This document shows, piece by piece, positions 47,328-56,792 of a stretch of 64,000 nucleotides of DNA. The DNA is from Myxococcota bacterium. Lineage in GTDB: Bacteria; Myxococcota_A; UBA796; CAJQPC01. The number at the start of each line of letters is the position of its first letter. The stretch's first letter is position 1. The stretch lies in the NCBI GenBank assembly GCA_036229005.1, contig JAZAMN010000064.1, positions 43,309 to 107,308 on the forward strand, written 5' to 3'. A program made the translations under genes and the position numbers. The notes beneath the pieces were generated by a model. The model was not told the origin of the DNA. It saw nothing but the letters and a program-made list of their open reading frames with translations, and did no database searches.

Positions 47328-48643
47328 GCTGGTTGCTGCTGTTCACCACCTTGTCCACCGCTCAGGAGCCCGTGGCCCCCCCGCCGCAGGCGGAGCCCGC
47401 GACGGACGCTCCCGCGGAGCGGGATCCCTCCACCAGCGAGGACACCCTCCCGCCGACCAACCCCCTGCTGGAGCAGACCCTGGACCTGCTCGACCTCCAG
47501 CGGGCGGAGGAGCTCCAGCGCATCCCTGGCGTCGCCCGGCCCTGGACCCCACCCGAACAGGAGTGGCGCAGCCAGCAGCTCGGCCCCTGGCCCGACGGGT
47601 ACACCCCCACCGGTGAGCGCATGGTCATGCTGCCCACCCTGGACCCCATCACCGGTCGCATCCTGGACGCCGGCATCCCCATGGAGGGCGAGTGGCAGGG
47701 CCCGGAGGTCCCCCCGGCGCTCCCAGGGATGCAGTCTGGGGAGGTCGCGGATCCGAGCACCTCGCTGGCGCCAGAGGGTGTCGGGGGGGCGAAGGACCTT
47801 GGGGAGTCCGACGCGGTGGACCCAGCCGCTCCGAGCGACCCAGATCCCGCTCCCACCCCGGTCGTGCAGCCCCCGGACATCCAGGTGCAGGCCCCTGGTG
47901 GCGCGTGGCCCTTCACCCCGGTGCGGGGCGGGCAGGACTTCGGTGACGCGTTCGCCTGGTTCATGCTCTCGGTGTTCTCGGTCCTTGTGGTCCGGGGCAT
48001 CGACAAGCTCAAGCGCAAGCTGACCAAGCGCGGGCTGATCCCCGTCTCGCTGCGCACCATCGCCATCGTCCTGCGGCTGCTGGCCTTGATCGGCGTGCTC
48101 TTTGGCGCGGCCCACCTGGTCCCGGATGAGTACGGGCAGTACTTCCCGGTGGTGCTGGTGACCTCTGCGGCCGCGCTGGGGTGGAGCGCGCGGGACCTGC
48201 TCCACGACCTGTTCGCCGGCGTGCTCCTGGTGGTCGAGAACCGCGTCGTCACCGACATGCGCGTCGAGGCCGACGGCCGCGTGGGCACCGTGCTCTCCGT
48301 GGGCTTCCGCTCGGTGAGCATGGAGTCCGATGACGGGCAGATCATCCGCATCCCCAACCGGGACTTCCTGAGCACCGACACCCGCACCGACATGGATCCC
48401 TACGCGCCCGTCGAGGTCGTGGTGGAGGCCCCTCCTGGGGCCCGACGTCGCCTGGAGGAGGTCGTCCTGGCCAGCCCGCTGGTCGCGCCCGGACACGCCC
48501 CCGAGGTCTTCCGCGATCCCGAGCACCCGGGCCGCTGGGTCGTGCGGGCGCGCCTGGTGCATCCGCGCTGGACCCTGGCCTTCCGAGGCTCGGTGTTGGA
48601 CCGGCTGGATCCCCGGGTCTGCGGCGATCCCGAGCAGGCCTGA
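47324..48643 (+). CDS. MscS-family mechanosensitive channel with Pro-rich N-terminal extension
   Basis: ALGWSARDLLHDLFAGVLL...GTVLSVGFRSV....DGQIIRIPN MscS core; N-terminal signal peptide. Confidence 0.85.
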   Translation: MSWLLLFTTLSTAQEPVAPPPQAEPATDAPAERDPSTSEDTLPPTNPLLEQTLDLLDLQRAEELQRIPGVARPWTPPEQEWRSQQLGPWPDGYTPTGERMVMLPTLDPITGRILDAGIPMEGEWQGPEVPPALPGMQSGEVADPSTSLAPEGVGGAKDLGESDAVDPAAPSDPDPAPTPVVQPPDIQVQAPGGAWPFTPVRGGQDFGDAFAWFMLSVFSVLVVRGIDKLKRKLTKRGLIPVSLRTIAIVLRLLALIGVLFGAAHLVPDEYGQYFPVVLVTSAAALGWSARDLLHDLFAGVLLVVENRVVTDMRVEADGRVGTVLSVGFRSVSMESDDGQIIRIPNRDFLSTDTRTDMDPYAPVEVVVEAPPGARRRLEEVVLASPLVAPGHAPEVFRDPEHPGRWVVRARLVHPRWTLAFRGSVLDRLDPRVCGDPEQA

Positions 48644-48665
48644 AAGTTTCTGGCGGCTCCATCGT

Positions 48666-48671
48666 TATGCT
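48666..48671 (+). promoter_or_regulatory. -10 box TATGCT of a probable leaderless transcript
   Basis: TATGCT-gacgcg-ATG(48678). Confidence 0.55.
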
Positions 48672-48677
48672 GACGCG

Positions 48678-50177
48678 ATGACAGCCACCCGTACACATGT
48701 GGAGCGCGCCCGGCAGCGGGTCGTCCTGGGCGCCGCGACCGCCACCTGGCTGCGTCACGCGGCGCTGGCGCTGGGCGTGGCGGGGGCGGGCTGCCTGCTG
48801 ATCCGCCTCGGGGGAGGGGAGATGCCGTGGACCCTGGCCCCCCTGGGTTTCGTCGCGATCACCCCTCTGAGCGTCGCACTCGCGCTGCGCGGCAAGCTGC
48901 CCACCCTGGACACCATGGCCGCCTGGGTGGACCGGGAGCAGGGCGGAGCGGGCAAGGTCGTGACCGCCCTGGAGCTGGGCGGGGATACGGAGATCTTCGC
49001 GGAGCTGCCTCGGGTTCGTCTGTGGCCGTCTGCGCGGCATGCGCTGGCCGGAGCGGCATTCCTGGCGCTGGCGCTGCTGCTCCCGGTGCGCCCCATCCTG
49101 GCCGAGCCGGCCCTGGTGGATGGCCCCGGGGTGGAGCAGCTCGAGGCCCAGCGGGAGGCCCTTGAAGAGGCGCTGGCCCTCCAGGAGGACGAGCAGGAGG
49201 CGCTGGAGGAGTCCATCGACGCGCTGCGCAGCGAGCAGGCCCGCGCGAACCCGGAGGCCGCTCTGGAGGCGATGGACGCTCTGGAGAGCCGCATGGAGGA
49301 GCTCGCTCGCTCGGCTCAGCAGGCCGCACAGAGCGCGCAGGAGGCCATGGAGCAGGCGGAGCAGTCCGCCCAGGAGGCCCAGCAGGCGGCTGAGGAGGCC
49401 GCGAGCGCTCAGGCCTCGGAGCAGGCCCGGAGGCAGGCAGAGGAGGCCAGGAAGGCGGCCCAGGAGGCTCAGCAGTCCACCGCTCAGGCTGCCGCGGAGG
49501 CTCTGGCCCAGTCGGGGCTCAAGCTCCCCGGCGAGGCCACCGAGGCGCTGAACGGCGCGGGCCTGAGCGCGGAGCAGATCCAGTCCGGCCAGATGGACAG
49601 CCAGCAGCTCGCGGACGCCATGGCCAAGATGAGCGCGGAGCAGCTCCAGGCGATGCAGAAGGGCCTCCAACAGGGGCTGGCCCAGCAGATGGCGCAGCTC
49701 GCCCAGGCCGGTCTGGGCGAAGGACTCCCCAGCGCGGGCCAGGGGCAGGGCGAGGGTCAAGGCCAGGGTGAGGGCCAAGGCCAGGGGCAAGGCCAGGGGC
49801 AAGGCGAAGGCCAGGGCCAGGGCGAAGGTCAGGGCCAGGGTCAGGGCGAAGGTCGGGGCCAGGGCCAAGGTCAGGGGGGCCAGGCGGGTCAGGGGGGCGT
49901 GGCGCGGGGACCCGGCACCGCGGAGATCACCTTCGGAGAGGAGCGGCCCGACCAGAGCGAGCGCTTCACCCCCACGCGCCTGAGCCCCGGTGAGCTCGAC
50001 CTGGCCTCGTCGGCGCTGATCGGAGAGGGCTTCACGGACGCCGAGGTGCAGGTGGTGCGCGGCGCGGATGGGGCCGTGCAGGTAGTGTCCTCGTCGGGAG
50101 AGGACACCCACCGTCGGCGCCTGGCGCCCAGTCACCAGCAGGCCGTGTCCACCTGGTTTGCTGTGGAAGAGGAGTAG
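48678..50177 (+). CDS. Membrane-anchored coiled-coil protein with GQ-rich tract (MoxR-operon associated)
   Basis: Three TM segments; A/E/Q coiled coil; (GQ/GE)n tract; GGVARGPG motif. Confidence 0.75.
   Translation: MTATRTHVERARQRVVLGAATATWLRHAALALGVAGAGCLLIRLGGGEMPWTLAPLGFVAITPLSVALALRGKLPTLDTMAAWVDREQGGAGKVVTALELGGDTEIFAELPRVRLWPSARHALAGAAFLALALLLPVRPILAEPALVDGPGVEQLEAQREALEEALALQEDEQEALEESIDALRSEQARANPEAALEAMDALESRMEELARSAQQAAQSAQEAMEQAEQSAQEAQQAAEEAASAQASEQARRQAEEARKAAQEAQQSTAQAAAEALAQSGLKLPGEATEALNGAGLSAEQIQSGQMDSQQLADAMAKMSAEQLQAMQKGLQQGLAQQMAQLAQAGLGEGLPSAGQGQGEGQGQGEGQGQGQGQGQGEGQGQGEGQGQGQGEGRGQGQGQGGQAGQGGVARGPGTAEITFGEERPDQSERFTPTRLSPGELDLASSALIGEGFTDAEVQVVRGADGAVQVVSSSGEDTHRRRLAPSHQQAVSTWFAVEEE
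49737..49895 (+). repeat. Degenerate coding hexamer repeat encoding (GQ/GE)n
   Basis: Tandem ggccag/ggcgaa/ggtcag units within the CDS. Confidence 0.85.
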
Positions 50178-50179
50178 CT

Positions 50180-51196
50180 GTGTCGGAGCTGATGGAAGCG
50201 CAGACCCTGAGCCGGGCGCAGGCCCTGGGTCAGTCCCTGATCGACGGGCTCAACGCCCGCCTGCTCGGACAGGAGCAGCTCGTGCACATGGTGGCCGTGG
50301 CCTGCCTGGCGCGGGGGCACGTGCTGCTGGAGGGCCTGCCCGGGCTGGGCAAGACCGAGCTGGTCAAGGGCGTGGCCGGCTTCTTGGGCCTGGACTTCCG
50401 GCGGGTGCAGTTCACCCCGGACCTGCTCCCGGGCGACGTCACTGGAGGCCCCGTGCTGGAGGAGAAGGACGGCGCGCGCCGCTTCGTCTTCCACCCAGGC
50501 CCCATCTTCGGGAACGTGGTGCTCGCGGACGAGATCAACCGCGCCAGCCCGCGCACCCAGTCTGCGATGCTGGAGGCGATGCAGGAGCGCCGGGTGACCG
50601 TGCTGGGGGAGACCCACCCTCTGCCGGACCCCTTCTGGGTCCTGGCCACCCAGAACCCCATCGAGCTGGAGGGCACCTTCCCCCTGCCCGAGGCCCAGTT
50701 GGACCGCTTCTTGTTCAAGCTCGACGTCCGCCGCGTGGGGGCCGACACCCTGACCACGCTGCTCACCGAGCGCCGCCGGGGGCGCCCCCCGGAGCCGGTC
50801 GCGGTCTCCGACAAGGCCGGCCTGGACGCGCTCTTTGACGCCGTGGACCAGGTCTTCCTGCCCAAGGCGGTGGCCGCGTACATCGCCCGGCTGGTCAACG
50901 CGACCCACCCCGAGGAGCCCAGCGCCCCCGAGCAGGTCAAGCGCTACGCGCGCTACGGCGCCTCACCCCGCGCTGCCATCGCCATCGCTGAGTCCGCGCG
51001 GGCCCACGCGCTCCTCGCTGGCAAGCCCAATGCCGGCTTCGATGATGTGCGGGCCGTGGCGCCCCATGCGTTGGGCCACCGGGTGGTGGTCGACTACAAA
51101 GCCCGCCTCGACGGCATCAGCGGCAGGGATCTGGCCGAGTTTGTGCTGGAGCAGGTCGACGAGCTTGGCAGCGCGCTCCCTGCGGAGCTGTCGTGA
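50180..51196 (+). CDS. moxR: MoxR-family AAA+ ATPase
   Basis: HVLLEGLPGLGKT, RVQFTPDLLPGD, LADEINRASPRTQSAMLEAM, ATQNPIE.EGTFPLPEAQLDRF, GASPR. Confidence 0.95.
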   Translation: MSELMEAQTLSRAQALGQSLIDGLNARLLGQEQLVHMVAVACLARGHVLLEGLPGLGKTELVKGVAGFLGLDFRRVQFTPDLLPGDVTGGPVLEEKDGARRFVFHPGPIFGNVVLADEINRASPRTQSAMLEAMQERRVTVLGETHPLPDPFWVLATQNPIELEGTFPLPEAQLDRFLFKLDVRRVGADTLTTLLTERRRGRPPEPVAVSDKAGLDALFDAVDQVFLPKAVAAYIARLVNATHPEEPSAPEQVKRYARYGASPRAAIAIAESARAHALLAGKPNAGFDDVRAVAPHALGHRVVVDYKARLDGISGRDLAEFVLEQVDELGSALPAELS

Positions 51197-52887
51197 TCGC
51201 GCTCTTGATGGGCCTGGTGGGCGCAGCCCAGGCCGAAGAGGGGCTGTGTCTGGGCGACGAGGTCCGGGTGGTGGCGGACTACGCGTGGCCCGCTGCGGTG
51301 GGGCAGGGGTACTTCCCGATGGCCCTGCAGGTGGAGAACCTGGCGGACCGGGATCTGGAGCTGGAGCTGAGCTTCCAGTCCACCAACAACAACGGCATCG
51401 AGGTGGAGCGCAGCCTCAGCCTGCCCCGGGGGCGAACCGAGTCCTTTGAGCAGGCGCTCCCGGCCTTCAGCCAGCACGGCGCCGCCTACTCCCTGAACGT
51501 GCGCGCCGAAGGGGAGAGCCTCTGCTACATGTCGCCTCTGGGCAGCTACCAGGGCGTGTCGGGGGATAGCTGGCTGATCTTCCGGGACGCGCCGCAGACG
51601 CCGGGGGAGCAGCAGGTCCTGGAGTCCGGGCTGGGGCTGGCGGACGACCACATGGCCATCGCCTCGCCCCAGGATCTGGCGAAGAGCTGGGTGGCCTACA
51701 CCAGCGTCGACGTGGTGATGCTCGCGCTGGACGGGGAGCCGCCCAGTGAGGCCCAGCTCGATCCGCTGCTGCAGTGGGTGCGCATGGGGGGCTTCCTCAA
51801 CATCCGGGGGGAGGGGGCCACGGCGCTGTCCCAGCAGAACCCCGAGCTCTCGCGCTGGGTGCAGCCGCGCCACGCGCTCCGGGCCAGCGTGGAGCGGGGC
51901 TACGTGCGGGGGCTGGACGGCTACAGCCTGGGCCTGGGGGTGGTCGTCGTGCAGGAGGAGCCCTTCACGGGCCCGGACAAGCTCCTGGACTCGGCGCGCC
52001 TGGTCTCGGACACCGTCCCCCTGCGGCGCTGGGTGAACCCGCCCAACTACGGACCGCCGCCCGCCTACCCGCAGATCCCCGGGGTGGGGAGCATCCCCGG
52101 CGGCGCCTTCGCGCTGCTGCTCTTTGGCGTCGGCATGCTGCTGGGGCCGGTCAACCGGCTGATCCTGCGCAAGCGCCGGCCGGCGATGCGGCTGCTGTCC
52201 ACGCCCCTGCTGGCTGGCCTCTCCTCGCTCGGGTTGGTGGGCTACGGGATCGCGTCCACGGGGCTGGGCGCGCAGAGCGCCAGCTACAGCGTCTCTCTGC
52301 TGGACCAGGAGGCGGCCCGGGTCTCGGTGCTGGAGGCCCGGCAGATCTACCTGGGCACCGCGATCGCGGGCGGCCTGCGCCCCGGGGCGGACACCTGGGA
52401 CTTCCCGCTGGAGATGGACTGGGACAGCCGCTTCAAGGTGGAGCTGGATGCCGAGGGCCGGCTGGTCTCCGGTGACCTGCTCTCCAGCCGCGTGGCGACC
52501 ACCTCTCTGCACCTGGGGGAGCGCAGCTCGCGCCTGGGGCTGGCCTGGGATGGGCAGCGGGTCCAGAACAACCTGGACGCCGAGCTGACCGGCCTCGTGC
52601 TCATGGACCACCAGGGCAGGACCTGGGTCCTGGACGGCGTGCTCGCCCCTGGGCAAGGCGCCGAGCTGACCCTGGTCGAGGACACCGAGCGCGTCCTGCA
52701 GCGGGTGTGGAAGAGCAGCATGGTGCGCTCCTCCAGCGTCGTGGCCTACCCCCGGCTGGACCAGGACATGGCTCCAGGTAGCTACGTCGCGCGGCTGGAC
52801 AGCAGCCCCTTCCTGGACGCCGAGGGCCTGCGCATGCAGGAGCGGGCGGGAGAGCACCACGTCGTCGGCGTGCTGGAGGCACCATGA
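51193..52887 (+). CDS. Exported/membrane hypothetical protein (MoxR-ABC operon associated)
   Basis: Signal peptide; GATase-like LLQWVRMGG segment; TM hairpin with GPVN motif. Confidence 0.7.
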   Translation: MIALLMGLVGAAQAEEGLCLGDEVRVVADYAWPAAVGQGYFPMALQVENLADRDLELELSFQSTNNNGIEVERSLSLPRGRTESFEQALPAFSQHGAAYSLNVRAEGESLCYMSPLGSYQGVSGDSWLIFRDAPQTPGEQQVLESGLGLADDHMAIASPQDLAKSWVAYTSVDVVMLALDGEPPSEAQLDPLLQWVRMGGFLNIRGEGATALSQQNPELSRWVQPRHALRASVERGYVRGLDGYSLGLGVVVVQEEPFTGPDKLLDSARLVSDTVPLRRWVNPPNYGPPPAYPQIPGVGSIPGGAFALLLFGVGMLLGPVNRLILRKRRPAMRLLSTPLLAGLSSLGLVGYGIASTGLGAQSASYSVSLLDQEAARVSVLEARQIYLGTAIAGGLRPGADTWDFPLEMDWDSRFKVELDAEGRLVSGDLLSSRVATTSLHLGERSSRLGLAWDGQRVQNNLDAELTGLVLMDHQGRTWVLDGVLAPGQGAELTLVEDTERVLQRVWKSSMVRSSSVVAYPRLDQDMAPGSYVARLDSSPFLDAEGLRMQERAGEHHVVGVLEAP

Positions 52888-53816
52888 CAGTCCTCGAGGT
52901 CAGGGACATCCACCGGGACTTCGGCTCGGTCAAGGCCGTGGATGGGGTGAGCTTCACCGTCCGGGCGGGTGAGATCTGCGGCTTCATCGGACCCAACGGC
53001 GCCGGGAAGACCACCACCATGCGCATCTGCGCGACCCTGGAGCTGCCCGACGACGGGGACGTGTTCGTCTCCGGTGTGAGCGTGCTGGAGGACCCCCGCG
53101 GAGCCCGGCGGCGCATCGGCTTCATGCCGGACCACTACGCCAGCGAGCCAAACATGCCAGTCCGGGACTACCTGGACTTCTACTCGCGGGCCCAGGGCCT
53201 GCGGGGAGAGGAGCGGCAGAAGTCCATCGACAGCGTGGTGGACTTCACCGGGCTCGGGCCCCTGCTGGACAAGGAGGTCCTCAGCCTCTCCAAGGGCATG
53301 CGCCAGCGGGCGGGACTCGCGGTGACCCTGCTGCACGACCCCAGCCTGCTCATCCTGGACGAGCCCGCGGCGGGCCTGGATCCCCGGGCCCGGGTGGAGC
53401 TCCGGGAGCTGCTCTCGGTGCTGGCCGAGATGGGCAAGGCTGTGCTGATCTCCTCCCACATCCTCACCGAGCTCTCGGAGATCTGCGACGTCGTGACGGT
53501 CATCGAGGCCGGCCGTATCAAGGCCGCCGGGCGCGTCTCCGACATCCAGCGCCAGCTCGCCCCCGACCCCCTGCACTTCCTGCGGGGCCTGGCCGGGCAG
53601 GAGGCCGTTCACCGCTTCCTGGTGGAGCAGCCGGCCGTCAGCCAGATCCGCCCCGAGGCCGAAGGCTGCGTGTTCTCCCTGGCCGGCGGCGACGAGGCCC
53701 TGGCCGAGCTGCTGGGGCGGGCGGTGGCCCAGGGGATCCAGCCCATCGAGCTGCGCCCCCTGGCCGCCGACCTGGAGGAGGTCTTCCTCTCCCTCACCGA
53801 GGGGGTGGTCCAGTGA
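52884..53816 (+). CDS. ABC transporter ATP-binding protein
   Basis: GPNGAGKT, LSKGMRQR, LILDEP, ISSHIL. Confidence 0.95.
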   Translation: MTVLEVRDIHRDFGSVKAVDGVSFTVRAGEICGFIGPNGAGKTTTMRICATLELPDDGDVFVSGVSVLEDPRGARRRIGFMPDHYASEPNMPVRDYLDFYSRAQGLRGEERQKSIDSVVDFTGLGPLLDKEVLSLSKGMRQRAGLAVTLLHDPSLLILDEPAAGLDPRARVELRELLSVLAEMGKAVLISSHILTELSEICDVVTVIEAGRIKAAGRVSDIQRQLAPDPLHFLRGLAGQEAVHRFLVEQPAVSQIRPEAEGCVFSLAGGDEALAELLGRAVAQGIQPIELRPLAADLEEVFLSLTEGVVQ

Positions 53817-55366
53817 TGCGCCTGCTCGAGTCCTGGACGGAGCGCCTGAACCCCATCCTGGTCAAGGAGGTCCGGCAGGCCCTGCGTGGCCGCTACTTCC
53901 GGGTCACCTACGGCCTGACCCTGCTCGCCGCGACCGTGGTGGGCATCCTGACCCTGATGAGCGTCGACGACCCCGACCGGGTCGGCCAGGTCTACTTCAC
54001 CGGCATCTACTTCTGCATGGCCGGCGCCATGCTCGGCCTGGTGCCCTTCCAGGCCTTCGTGGCCGCCGGCGGGGGAGGCCGCGGATCCCGGGCCGAGCTC
54101 CTGCAGCTCACCGCGCTCAGGCCGCGCCAGATCGTCGCGGGCCGCCTGATGTCCTCGCTGGCCCAGTCAGGCCTCGTGCTCGCCGCGCTGCTGCCCTACC
54201 TGGCGTTGGGCTTCCTGCTCCCGGGGGTGGACCTCTTTGCGCTCTTCTTCATCGTCGTCTACACCCTCATCTGGTCCCTGGCGATCTCCTCGGTGACCAT
54301 CGCGGCCAGCTTCCTGACCAACAACCGCCTGGTGCGGGTGCTGCTGATGGTGGTGCTGGGCGCCTTCCAGTTCGGGTTCACCTCCAGCGCCGTGGGGCTG
54401 GCCGCCGAGCTGCTGGACCGCTCGGAGAACCTGCGGGACAGCGAGTTCCTGGCCGTCTCCGGGCTCTTCGCCGCCATGGGCCTGTCCATCGGCCTGTTCG
54501 CCTTCATCGGCGGCACCCTGCGCATCGCCCACCCGGAGGAGAACCGCTCCACGCCTCTGCGCGTGTTCATGCTGCTCTTTGCGTTCATCGGCGCGCTGCT
54601 CAGCTACCTGCTGACCTGGTTCGTGCGCCACCCGGAGCCCGAGTTCCCCCTGGTCGGCTACCTGATGCTGGGCTTCTTCATGCTCATTCCCGGGGGCATC
54701 TTCGCCTCGGAGCCCGAGCGGCTGGGGCGTCGGGTACAGGTCACCGCACCTCGCAACCGCACGATCGCGCTGCTGGCGGCCCCCCTGATGCCCGGCGGTG
54801 GGAACGGCGCGCTCTTCAACACCCTGGTCCTCGCCTTCTTCGGCCTGCTGCCTGCGCTCTTCCCGGCAATGGACCCCGACGAGGGTGACGCCTGGGGCAG
54901 CCTCTTCCTCTTCGCGGGGCTCTGGGGCTTCGCGGCCTTCAACCTGCCCACCGCCATCCTCCAGCGCTGGGTCGAGAACACCTGGGTGCGGGTGGTCGCG
55001 GTGTTCTCGCCCATCCTCTTCTTCATCGTGACCGGGCTGCTCCCGGCCATGGTCGGCTTTGTCATCGGGGACCGCGACCTGCAGGACTTCGAGCACCCGC
55101 TCTTCTTCCCCTGGGCCTTCGAGCGCCTGACCCGAAGCAGCCAGACCTACTGGGAGGCCATCTGGGCGGTCGCCATCGCGCTCTTCGTCATCACTCTGGC
55201 GGTGAACCTGCCCCGCATGAAGCGGGGCGTGCAGGCCGTCCTCTTGGTCTCCAAGCGCCGTCGGGAGCTGGAGGCTGCGCGCACCGACACCAAGGTCCAA
55301 GCGCCCGAGCTGCCCAGCGAGTCCCCCATCGGGGAGGCCGTGGTCAAGGAGGACTCCGGTGCCTGA
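53813..55366 (+). CDS. ABC-2-type permease-like membrane protein
   Basis: NPILVKEVRQALR; ELLQLTALRPRQIVAG; many TM segments. Confidence 0.8.
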   Translation: MMRLLESWTERLNPILVKEVRQALRGRYFRVTYGLTLLAATVVGILTLMSVDDPDRVGQVYFTGIYFCMAGAMLGLVPFQAFVAAGGGGRGSRAELLQLTALRPRQIVAGRLMSSLAQSGLVLAALLPYLALGFLLPGVDLFALFFIVVYTLIWSLAISSVTIAASFLTNNRLVRVLLMVVLGAFQFGFTSSAVGLAAELLDRSENLRDSEFLAVSGLFAAMGLSIGLFAFIGGTLRIAHPEENRSTPLRVFMLLFAFIGALLSYLLTWFVRHPEPEFPLVGYLMLGFFMLIPGGIFASEPERLGRRVQVTAPRNRTIALLAAPLMPGGGNGALFNTLVLAFFGLLPALFPAMDPDEGDAWGSLFLFAGLWGFAAFNLPTAILQRWVENTWVRVVAVFSPILFFIVTGLLPAMVGFVIGDRDLQDFEHPLFFPWAFERLTRSSQTYWEAIWAVAIALFVITLAVNLPRMKRGVQAVLLVSKRRRELEAARTDTKVQAPELPSESPIGEAVVKEDSGA

Positions 55367-56204
55367 GCCCGGAGACGACTCCCTGCGCCTGTCGGAGGTC
55401 TGGCACCTGGGCCTCGCGCTCCCGCGGGTGGGTGAAGACGGCGGCCCGGTCATGGGGAGAGGGGCTGGGTCCAGTACGGAGTTCCAGGACCACCGCAACT
55501 ACACCCCCGGGGACGACGTACGGAAGCTGGACTGGCGGGCCTATGCGAGGACAGACCAGCTCATGCTCAAGCGCTTCCGCGAGGAGGTGCGGCCCCAGGT
55601 CGAGCTGATCGTGGACGCTTCGCTCTCCATGGACAGCGAGCCAGGGAAGGCGCAGCGCGCGGTCGACCTGGCGGCCATGCTGGCGCGCTCCATTCAGCGC
55701 ATGGGGTGGCGCGTGCGCGTGTGGCGGGTGGGGGAGCAGGTGCTGCCGCTGCCTGTTCCGGCGCTGTTGGCCCAGGGCCTGTCTCCGGACGCGCGCAGGC
55801 CGCTGATGGACTCGCTCCGGCACCTGGCTCCCAGGGTGGGCGTGGGCAGCATGGTGGTGCTGATCTCGGACTTCCTGAGCCCTCTGGATCCCGCCGCGCT
55901 CGTCGCGCTCCTGGGCCAGCGGGCCGGCGCTCTGGGGCTGCTTCAGGTCCTGGGGGAGTGGGAGTCAGACCCGCCCGTGGGCGGCAGCGTCGAGATGGTG
56001 GACAGCGAGCTGGGCGAGCGCATGCAGGTCACCCTGGAGCCCGGCGTGGTGGCCCGCTACCGCGAGCGGCTGGAGCGCCTGTCCGAGGCGCTGGATCAGG
56101 AGTGTAGGCGCGCGGGCGGGGCCTTTTCGGCGGTCGTTGCCAGCCAGGGGCTGGAGCAGAGCTGCCTGCAGCTTGGGGAGCGCGGCTGGCTCGTGACAGG
56201 CTGA
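55359..56204 (+). CDS. DUF58 domain protein
   Basis: GSSTEFQDHRNYTPGDDVRKLDWRAYART; DASLSM; ISDFL. Confidence 0.95.
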   Translation: MPEPGDDSLRLSEVWHLGLALPRVGEDGGPVMGRGAGSSTEFQDHRNYTPGDDVRKLDWRAYARTDQLMLKRFREEVRPQVELIVDASLSMDSEPGKAQRAVDLAAMLARSIQRMGWRVRVWRVGEQVLPLPVPALLAQGLSPDARRPLMDSLRHLAPRVGVGSMVVLISDFLSPLDPAALVALLGQRAGALGLLQVLGEWESDPPVGGSVEMVDSELGERMQVTLEPGVVARYRERLERLSEALDQECRRAGGAFSAVVASQGLEQSCLQLGERGWLVTG

Positions 56205-56237
56205 GCGGGCGCCGGGGTTGAGTGCATCTGGGTGGGC

Positions 56238-56696
56238 TCAGGAGAGCCACATCCCGACGCTGAGGGCGGCGGCTCCAGCCAGCGCCAGGGTGGCCAGCAG
56301 CAGGCTGATGTTGCCCGTGCGGCTCATTCCGCGGCGCGCGCGGGGCAGTTCCTGGACGGGGCGGTAGGCTGGCGCCTGATCGGCCTGCAGGTCCACCAGC
56401 TCCTGGATGGGCAGGCCCAGCGGCAGCAGCCACAGGTCGGTCTGCCCAGCCTCATGGATGCGCAGGGGAGGCTGGGTCATCACCCCCAGGCTGCGGCCGG
56501 TGGGGCTGGTGATGCGGAGCTGCACGCCCGCTCGCTCGTCCAGGGCCTGGTTGGTCTCGACGACCAGCGCGCCGTCGACGATGCAGACCTCGGTCCAGGT
56601 GCCCACCTGGTCGCCCTGCCGGAAGCTGGCGTGGCTGAGCGGGAACTCGTGGGGAACGGCAGGGGGAACGGCGGACATGCGGACCTCGCTGGACAC
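56238..56696 (-). CDS. Hypothetical protein with C-terminal TM (weakly PilZ-like beta domain)
   Basis: ORF fills the gap between genes; beta-rich core; hydrophobic C-terminus. Confidence 0.55.
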   Translation of the reverse strand: MSSEVRMSAVPPAVPHEFPLSHASFRQGDQVGTWTEVCIVDGALVVETNQALDERAGVQLRITSPTGRSLGVMTQPPLRIHEAGQTDLWLLPLGLPIQELVDLQADQAPAYRPVQELPRARRGMSRTGNISLLLATLALAGAAALSVGMWLS

Positions 56697-56792
56697 GAGG
56701 AGCAGTTAGCGTCGCGGCCTGACAGCGCCTATGACATCGCCGTTTCTCAGGACAACCCCGTACTGGGTCAAGTTCTTGAATTTGTTCGTAAA

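Noticed and set aside
49737..49895. Repetitive tract as a possible CRISPR array or contingency locus
   Set aside because: It is a degenerate coding hexamer repeat (Gly-Gln/Glu) with synonymous variation, no unique spacers and no cas genes.
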